From an uncultured Solirubrobacteraceae bacterium (GTDB lineage Bacteria > Actinomycetota > Thermoleophilia > Solirubrobacterales > Solirubrobacteraceae): a DNA stretch of 64,000 bases. The translations under genes and the position numbers were made by a program. Under the pieces are notes generated by a model, which saw only the letters and a program-made list of their open reading frames with translations, made no database searches and had not been told where the DNA came from. This document shows, one piece after another, positions 57,295 to 64,000 of the stretch. How positions within the stretch are numbered: the stretch's first letter is position 1; every line of letters begins with the position of its first letter. The stretch covers positions 110,415 through 174,414 of the forward strand of contig CAWGBB010000006.1 of NCBI GenBank assembly GCA_963820745.1, given 5' to 3'.

Positions 57295-58140
57295 GTGAAG
57301 GTCGCAGCCGTTCAGCTCAACTCCAGCGCCGATCAAGAGGCCAACCTCGCCACGGCCGACAGGCTGACCCGCGCGGCGGCCGCGGACGGCGCTCAGTTGA
57401 TCGTACTCCCGGAGAAGTGGACCGCGATGGGAACCGAGACCGAGCTGCGCGCCTCCGCGCAGCCGCTCGACGGCCCTGCGATCGGCTGGGCGCGCCGGAC
57501 CGCGCGTGAGCTGGGCGTCGAGATCGTCGCCGGCTCGATCCTCGAGCTGGTCTCCGAGAACGAGAAGCTCGCGAACACGAGCGTGCACGTGGGCGCCGAC
57601 GGGGAGATCAAGGCCACCTACCGCAAGGTGCACATGTTCGACGTCGAGGTCGGCGGGCGCGTCTACCGCGAGTCCGAGCTCGAGCAGGCCGGCGAGGAGA
57701 TCGTGCTGTCGCGAACCGCGGACGGCGTCGAGCTGGGGCTGTCTGTCTGCTACGACCTGCGGTTCCCCGAGCTGTACCGCATCCTCGCGGTGCGCGGCGC
57801 GCGCATCATCGCGATCCCCGCCGCGTTCACGCTCCCGACCACGCGCGACCACTGGGAGACGCTGGTGCGGGCGCGCGCGATCGAGGACCAGGCGTTCGTG
57901 ATCGCGGCCAACCAGACGGGCGAGCACCCGGGCGGCCAGCACTCGGGCGGGCGCTCGATGATCGTCGACCCGTGGGGCGCGGTGCTCGCGGAGGCCGGCG
58001 AGGACGGCGAGGCCGTGCTCGTGGCCGCGCTCGATCTCGACCGCCAGCTCGAGATCCGTGCCAGCCTGCCGTCGCTGGCGAACCGACGTCCGGACGCCTA
58101 CCGCTGGCCCGAGTCCGCGCATGCGGAGGCGGGGCGATGA
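57295..58140 (+). CDS. Carbon-nitrogen hydrolase (Nit1/deaminated glutathione amidase-like)
   Basis: LPE, YRKVHMFD and VCYDLRFPE catalytic triad motifs; RARAIE. Confidence 0.9.
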   Translation: MKVAAVQLNSSADQEANLATADRLTRAAAADGAQLIVLPEKWTAMGTETELRASAQPLDGPAIGWARRTARELGVEIVAGSILELVSENEKLANTSVHVGADGEIKATYRKVHMFDVEVGGRVYRESELEQAGEEIVLSRTADGVELGLSVCYDLRFPELYRILAVRGARIIAIPAAFTLPTTRDHWETLVRARAIEDQAFVIAANQTGEHPGGQHSGGRSMIVDPWGAVLAEAGEDGEAVLVAALDLDRQLEIRASLPSLANRRPDAYRWPESAHAEAGR

Positions 58141-58820
58141 GCGCCTCGGGACGTGCAGGCGGGCGGGCGGTCCAATCCCGGGCGAAGCCCGCCGCCGAGA
58201 AGCGACGGCTGATCCTCGACGCCGCCGTGCGGGTGTTCGCGCGCCAGGGCTTCCACGCCTGCCGCGTCGCCGACATCGCCGACGAGGCGGGCGTCGCCTA
58301 CGGGCTCGTCTACCACTACTTCGGATCGAAGGACGAGGTGCTCGACACGCTCTTCCTCGAGCGCTGGAACGTGATGCTCGAGGTGATCCGCAACGTGGAC
58401 GCGGAAGGGCTGCCGGTGCGCGAGAAGCTGACGGCGATCGCCTCGTTCATCGTCGACAGCTACCAGCACGACCCGGACCTGATGAAGGTGATCATCGTCG
58501 AGGTCACGCGCGCGGCGAACTCGTTCGGCGACACGCACATCGGCACGATCCGCGAGGCCTACGACCTGATCGGCGGCATGATCGCCGCGGCGCAGGAGAG
58601 CGGGCAGTTCAAGCCCGACATCGACTCGCGGTTCGCGGCGATGGCCTTCTACGGCGCGATCGAGCAGCTGCTGACGGGCTGGATCTTCGGCCTGCTGCCG
58701 CGGAGCCCGGAGGACTTCGAGCGGGCGAAGTGGCTGGTCGTCGAGACCATCTGCGGCGGACTCGAGACGCGCGCCGGGGAGGGGTCGACGGAAGGGAGGA
58801 GGAACGCCGGCGTCCGCTGA
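58137..58820 (+). CDS. TetR/AcrR-family regulator
   Basis: ILDAAVRVFARQGFH, DIADEAGVAYGLVYHYFGSKDE. Confidence 0.93.
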   Translation: MSASGRAGGRAVQSRAKPAAEKRRLILDAAVRVFARQGFHACRVADIADEAGVAYGLVYHYFGSKDEVLDTLFLERWNVMLEVIRNVDAEGLPVREKLTAIASFIVDSYQHDPDLMKVIIVEVTRAANSFGDTHIGTIREAYDLIGGMIAAAQESGQFKPDIDSRFAAMAFYGAIEQLLTGWIFGLLPRSPEDFERAKWLVVETICGGLETRAGEGSTEGRRNAGVR

Positions 58821-58863
58821 AAGTTTTGAGTCGCGACAGGCCGGGGCAATAGACTGGCGCAGC

Positions 58864-58998
58864 ATGGAGAACGAGCTGGTCAAGAGGCTTGTCTGGTCGG
58901 GGCTGCTCGCCGGCTTCGGTGCGCTCGCGAGCATCGCCGCCAGCCGCGCGGCGGCGCTGACCTGGCGGCGGATCTTCGACGAGGATCCGCCCGAATGA
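58864..58998 (+). CDS. 44-aa membrane peptide, DUF4235-like
   Basis: MENELVKRLVWSGLLAGFGALASIAASRAAALTWRRIFDEDPPE; TAGACT 8 nt upstream; stop overlaps the next ATG. Confidence 0.7.
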   Translation: MENELVKRLVWSGLLAGFGALASIAASRAAALTWRRIFDEDPPE

Positions 58999-59490
58999 GC
59001 CCGCATCAGAACGGCGGCGAGCCGCCGCAGAACATCGCCGCTGCGGTCGCGGACATCTCCGAGCGCGCGAGCGCTCCTGGTCCGCGAAGAGATCGAGCTC
59101 GCCAAGGCCGAGCTGACAGAAAAGGGGACGAAGCTCGCGAAGGGGGCGGCGGTCGGCGCGATCGCCGGCGTGTTCTTCGTGTGGGCGGTGCTGTTCCTGC
59201 TGATCGGCCTTGCCTGGCTCCTCTACTACTACCTTCCCGGCAACCAGTTCACGTTCTTCTGGGGCTTCTTCGCCGTCGGGCTGCTCCTGATCGCACTGGG
59301 CGTCGCCGCCGGGCTGATCGCGGCGCGCGCGTTCAAACGCGGCGCGCCGCCGGTGCCGACGATGGCGATCGAAGAGGCGCAGAGGATCCGCGAGACGGTC
59401 GCGCCCACGCACGAGCCTGTCGCTCCGGTTCCGGCCGCGCCGCCGACACCGCCCCCCTCCGCGCCGGTCCCGCCCGGGGGCGCGGGCTGA
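58995..59490 (+). CDS. Actinobacterial holin-X (phage holin family) membrane protein; frameshift near 59074
   Basis: LVREEIELAKAEL followed by two TM helices and PPVP. Confidence 0.8.
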
Positions 59491-59708
59491 TGGCCGCGCA
59501 GCGCTCGCCTGCGGAGATCCGCAGCTCGATAGAGGACAACCGACGCGAACTGGCGGTGTCGGTCGACCGGCTGCGCGGCGAGGTCACCCGCATCACCGAC
59601 TGGCGCGCGCACGTCGAGCGCCACCGGCCGGAAATCGTGGCCGGCGCGGCCGTTCTCGGCCTGATCGTCGGCGCCCGCATGCTGCGGCGACGGCGCCGCC
59701 GCGACTAG
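59490..59708 (+). CDS. DUF3618-like protein
   Basis: RSPAEIRSSIEDNRRELAVSVDRL, C-terminal TM helix and Arg tail. Confidence 0.75.
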   Translation: MAAQRSPAEIRSSIEDNRRELAVSVDRLRGEVTRITDWRAHVERHRPEIVAGAAVLGLIVGARMLRRRRRRD

Positions 59709-60159
59709 CGCGCACCGGGCCTTCGAGTCAGAAACAGAACGCCGACGTTCGCCCACTGGCGGACCAAGGGCTCCAGTCACGTGTTCGCGCGCGCCGAAGC
59801 GGGATCTGTACGCCGAGGGCAAGAGCGAAGAAGCCGCCCCGAAAGGCAAGCCCGAAGAAGCGCCGGGCAAAACCGAAGAAGTCACCGGCAAAGGCGGCTC
59901 CCGGCAAAGGCGGCTCCGGGAACGCGGGCTCGAGCAAACCGGAAGCCGAAGCCGGCGGCAAAGGCCAGAGCGGCGCGCCGCACTGACGCGGCGCTTTCGC
60001 GTGACGCAGAGCGGGCCGGCGGCCGCTCGGTCGTCAGACCGCGAACCGGAACCCTCGGACGGTCGCGGAACATGCCGCATCCACCGGGATCGCGGCCGCC
60101 GCGCGGGCGCACGGGGGAGTATCAAGTGCTCCGAATCGGGTTCTCCTAGCGGGTGAACT

Positions 60160-60190
60160 GGCCGGGGACGCGGCGTCGGCGTCCCCGGCC
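60160..60190. terminator. Strong 12-bp-stem hairpin
   Basis: GGCCGGGGACGC-7 nt-GCGTCCCCGGCC. Confidence 0.5.
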
Positions 60191-60272
60191 GCTCCTTCGG
60201 CGCGGGGGGGCTGGAAAGAGCCGCGGGGTCCCAATAGGCTGATCGGAACGTTCCCGGGAGACGGAGGGGGAG

Positions 60273-61075
60273 ATGCGACGGGCAGCTGTCGTCACGACCA
60301 CGTTGGCATTCGTCGCGATCTTCGCAGCAGCGGCCGCGGCCGCGCCGCCCTCCTGGCACTACTGCGCCAAGACGGTGCCGAAGAACACGGGCAACTACAG
60401 CGACAAGGTGTGCTCGCTCGCCAGCGAACCGGGACACGGCAAGTACGAACTCCTCGAAGGCGTGGGCAAGGGCAAGGGCTTCAAGGGCAAGCTCCTCCCG
60501 GACTCCCAGGGCGCTGACGGTCACGATCCCGCACAGAGCCGAACTCCACGTCGAATGCGCCAAGGCGTCGATCTCAGGCCGCCCGGTCGCGCCGCGGGGC
60601 GTCGCCGGGGTCCGGATCACGTTCTCGAAGTGCGAACTGCTGGGCGCGCTCGTGCGGAACGATCTCGACCGAAGCTCTCAGCGGGGAACTCGGCTGGCTC
60701 GACGAGGGAACCGGCATGGCCGGCGTCTCGCTGACCAATGAAGCCAAACCCGGCACGGGGCTGGTCACGCAGGTCTCGTGCACGTTCAGCGACGGCCAGG
60801 TCGTCAAATTCCGCTCGAACGGTGCGTTCGTCGGCGCGCTCCCGGCGAACGGGCCGATCAGCAAGGAACGCACGCTGAGCTACTCGCTCGCGGAATACCT
60901 CGAAGAAGAAACCGGGCCGACGAACCCGCCGGCGTTCGAAGAAGGCTTCGTGGGGACGCTTCAGACGGAAATCAACTCGCCCGAAAGCAAAGGCGAATGG
61001 ACGCCCGAAGGCGGGTACCGCTCGGGCATCGAAGCGAGCTTCCCGCTCAAGGGCGAAGCGCTTTCGATCTTCTAG
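60273..61075 (+). CDS. Secreted Cys-containing hypothetical protein; frameshifts near 60505 and 60645-60700
   Basis: GGAGG RBS and signal peptide; WHYCAK..GNYSDKVCS; joins ORF 60716..61075. Confidence 0.65.
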
Positions 61076-61143
61076 GTCTCCGGCGCCGGGAGGCGGCGTC
61101 GCGCTCCCTGCTCGGCCTCGCGTTGCAGCGCGCGGCGAGCCGA

Positions 61144-62008
61144 TCAGCCCAAGAGCGCCCGCGGCACCCCGCCGATCCCGATCAGCCCCGGCCCGGTGTA
61201 GGTGCCGATCACCGGGCCTACCTCCGAGGAGAAGATCGGTTGCGAGTCGAAGATCTCGCGGCAGCGCTCGATCAGTCGCTCGGCCTGCTCGGGCGCCTGG
61301 ATGTGCTGGACGACCCAGCCGTCAGCGCCTGCGTCGCGCAGCTCCTCGGCGTAACGGACCATGCGCTCGAAGGCACGGGCGGCGGTCCGAACCCGCTCGA
61401 CCGGGGTGATCTCGAACTCGAGCGACAGGATCGGCTTGATGCGCAGGGTGCCGCCGAGCCACGCCTGGGCCTTGCCGATGCGCCCGCCGCGGCGCAGGTA
61501 CTCGAGCGTGTCGAGGGCGAACCAGATGCGAAGCGACTTGCGCGCCTCGCGCACGCGCGCGGCGACCGCGTCCTTGTCGCCGCCCGCTTCGGCCGCCGCG
61601 CAGGCGGCCAGCACGAGCATGCCGAGGCCGCCGCAGGCGGTTTCCCCGTCGATCACCTCGACGCGCTCGCCGAGCCCGCGCTCGGCGAGCAGCGCGTGCG
61701 CCTGGCGCGCCGCCTCCACGGTGCCGGAGATGCCTCCCGCGAGGTGGATCGAGACCACGTCGCGGCCTTCGTCGAGCAGCGGCTCCCAGACGGCGAGGAA
61801 GTCGCCGATCGAGGGCTGCGAGGTGCTCGGGAGTTCAGGATCGGTGCCCAGCCGCTCGTAGAACGGGGCGAAGCTGGCCATGTCGAGCTCGCGCTCGGGC
61901 TCGGCCGGCCCAGCCCACGTAGAGGCTGATCTGGTGGACGCCCCGCTCATCAGCGAGGGCCCGCGGGAGGTAGTGGGTGCTGTCTGAGGCGACCGCGACG
62001 GGAGCCAT
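61144..62008 (-). CDS. DegV-family fatty-acid-binding protein; frameshift near 61910
   Basis: VASDSTHYLP, STSQPS, ISGT, TLEYLRRGGRIG, PVIGTYTGPG. Confidence 0.92.
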
Positions 62009-62021
62009 GCGGCGCGAGACG

Positions 62022-62405
62022 CTACCGCAACGCCTCCTCGAGCTCACCGGACTCGTACATCTCTGTAACTATGTCGCACCCGCCGATCAGCTCGCCGCCC
62101 TTGAACAGCTGCGGGATCGTGGGCCACTCCGAGATCGCCGAGAGCTCCTGGCGGATGCGCGGGTCGGGGAGGATGTCGACCGCGGCGAAGGGCACCTCGA
62201 GCGACTGGAGGATCGCGACGGTCCGCGCCGAGAAGCCGCATGCCGGAGCCTCGGGCGTCCCCTTCATGAACAGGATCACGTCGTGCTCGGCGATCGCCTC
62301 CTTGATCGCGTCGCGATACGGGCTGCTCTCGGCGGGGTCGGCCGCCGGTGCGGCTGCCGGCGCCTGGCCGGCCATCGGGATCGGGTCGAACTGGTTGCTT
62401 GACAT
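62022..62405 (-). CDS. grxD: Grx4-family monothiol glutaredoxin
   Basis: FMKGTP, CGFS active site, WPTIPQL, GGCDI. Confidence 0.95.
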   Translation of the reverse strand: MSSNQFDPIPMAGQAPAAAPAADPAESSPYRDAIKEAIAEHDVILFMKGTPEAPACGFSARTVAILQSLEVPFAAVDILPDPRIRQELSAISEWPTIPQLFKGGELIGGCDIVTEMYESGELEEALR

Positions 62406-62422
62406 CGCGAGGGCTCCTGGCT

Positions 62423-62668
62423 TCAGGGGGACTGGATCGTGGAGGGGGCTTGTGTCTTCAGGGCGAGCGCGTGGATCGCGCCGCCGATGTCGGATTCGAG
62501 CGCGCCGTAGACGAGCTTGTGCTGCTTGATGCGGCTCAGCCCGGCGAAGGACTCGGCGGTGACGGTCGCGCTGAAGTGGTCGCCGGTCCCGGTCGTGTCC
62601 TCGACCTCGGCCGTGGCGCCGGGGAGCGCCGCCTCGATCCGCTGCTTTATCTCCGCTGGCGTGGGCAC
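62423..62668 (-). CDS. bolA: BolA/IbaG-family protein
   Basis: GDHF, FAGLSRIKQHKLVY, IHALALKT. Confidence 0.93.
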   Translation of the reverse strand: MPTPAEIKQRIEAALPGATAEVEDTTGTGDHFSATVTAESFAGLSRIKQHKLVYGALESDIGGAIHALALKTQAPSTIQSP

Positions 62669-62778
62669 CGGTTTCCTAGCGTAGAAGATCGTGAGAGCGC
62701 CCACCCGCCCCTCGCGGGGCCCGTGCAGCCGGCGCTATACTTTGGAAAGTCTTGGAGCCGTCAACAGGAGCGCAGCCG

Positions 62779-63132
62779 ATGATCGACATCACCGACAAGG
62801 GCGCCGAGAAGGTGCACGAGTTTCTAACCGCCCAGCAGGCCGATGTGAGCCTTGCCGGGCTGCGCGTGGGCGTTCGCGGTGGCGGCTGCTCGGGCTTCCA
62901 GTACCAGCTGGCCTTCGACGAGCAGCGCGAGAGCGACATCGTCTTCGAGAGCCACGGGCTGAAGCTGCTGGTCGACCGCGAGAGCCTGCAGTTCGTGAGC
63001 GGCTCGACGATCGACTACGAGGAGAGCCTCCAGGGCGCCGGCTTCAAGGTCAACAACCCGAACGTCGTCGCCGCCTGCGGTTGCGGCTCCTCCTTCCGGG
63101 TCGCCGAGGAGGAGCAGGTCTCAGCCGTCTGA
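62779..63132 (+). CDS. A-type Fe-S carrier (HesB/IscA/ErpA family)
   Basis: GGGCSGFQY, NPN, ACGCGSSF; AGGAG RBS. Confidence 0.95.
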   Translation: MIDITDKGAEKVHEFLTAQQADVSLAGLRVGVRGGGCSGFQYQLAFDEQRESDIVFESHGLKLLVDRESLQFVSGSTIDYEESLQGAGFKVNNPNVVAACGCGSSFRVAEEEQVSAV

Positions 63133-63177
63133 GGGCGCGCCCGCGCGCCCCGGCCCGAGCGCCGAGGCCCGGCAGCC

Positions 63178-64000
63178 TTGCGCCGCGTCGCCGCGGCCGC
63201 CGTTCTCAGCCGCGGCACTCTGGTCGGCCGGGTGCGGTGGCGCACACGCTCCCAGCGCGGAGCTCGACGACCGCGACGCCGCCGCCGCGCCAAGCGGTCC
63301 CGCGTTCGGCATCACCGAGGACAACGCGGACCTGCTCTGGGCACCGGGCGCGGAGGCGCCGCCGCAGGCGGCCCCGTTCATCGCCGCGCGCCGCGAGCTC
63401 GCCGCTCTGCACCCTCGCTACGTCAGGCTGCTGATCGACTGGGCGGAGGACCAGCCCTCGCAGTCAGCCCCGGCCGATCTGGAACAGCCGGTCGACGGGT
63501 GCGCTCGTGGCGTGCCTCCCTGCGGCTCCTATGCCGGCGTCGCGGGCGAGCTTGAAGCGATCGCCTCCCAGCAGCGGGCCGCGCGCGGCCGGGGCGAACC
63601 CGAACCGCAGGTCGTCGTCGACATCCTCGGTACGCCCTCCTGGGCCGCGCTGCCCGCGCACGGCTGCGAAGCGCCCGGCACGCCGCCGACCGCGCGCGTC
63701 CATCCGCCCGGATGCGCTGCCCGCCTACCGCGCGCTGATCGCTCGGCTGATCGCGCTCGGCAGTCAGAAGGGCGTCGGCCTGCCCTGGTGGACGCCTTGG
63801 AACGAGCCGAACGATCCGCGCTTCCTGGCGCCCCAGCGCGACACGTGCACCGCGTCGGGGACGCCTCTCGTCACGGACTCCTACGCGGCGCTCGCGCGCG
63901 CGATGGGAGCCGAGCTGAGGGCCGCGGGCACGGGAGCGCAGATGCTGCTCGGCGAGCTCGGCGGATATCTACGGGGCTCTCCCCACCGGCTCGCGGTCGA
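63178..64000 (+). CDS. Probable secreted GH-A-like protein, partial and frameshifted
   Basis: PAFGITEDNADLLW, YVRLLIDW, GTPSWA and WWTPWNEPNDP read on the + strand; runs off the window. Confidence 0.5.

Noticed and set aside
58864-59708. Prophage remnant suggested by the holin-family gene
   Set aside because: Holin-X/DUF3618/DUF4235 is a common chromosomal trio in Actinobacteria; no integrase, endolysin or structural genes are nearby

Overview
Very GC-rich bacterial DNA. The gene content and many apparently leaderless starts suggest an actinobacterium, probably Thermoleophilia/Solirubrobacterales (inference, not tested). More than half of the genes carry single-base frameshifts that look like long-read assembly errors, so the features below are reconstructed across them. 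From left to right: an S53 peptidase; a roughly 13 kb K+/cation-homeostasis cluster (kinase-only kdpD plus kdpE, two small membrane peptides, kdpA-kdpC-kdpB, a kdpE-like fragment, three cation antiporters and a separate KdpD N-terminal/Usp gene); a secreted glycoside hydrolase with two GT-C-like membrane proteins; an amine/polyamine catabolic cluster (saccharopine-DH-like, APC permease, class III aminotransferase, PucR, ald, SSADH); an MBL hydrolase, GH15, NUDIX and rubredoxin; bioA and bioBFD separated by a multicopper oxidase/cupredoxin pair; a large acyl-CoA cluster (2 ACADs, 2 crotonases, stand-alone biotin carrier, carboxyltransferase, BKACE, AMACR-like CoA transferase, MerR regulator) interspersed with a VapBC module and an MFS; nitrilase/TetR; a holin-X/DUF3618 trio; DegV; and grxD-bolA/erpA. 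No rRNA, tRNA, CRISPR array or transposase was recognised. The best leads are the 11-bp-phased operator arrays that point to an extended KdpE regulon, a candidate branched/isoprenoid acyl-CoA pathway using BKACE with a duplicated 32-bp operator, a triple ACATG-loop hairpin element, and a BioF tail carrying repeated FDFE-like motifs.
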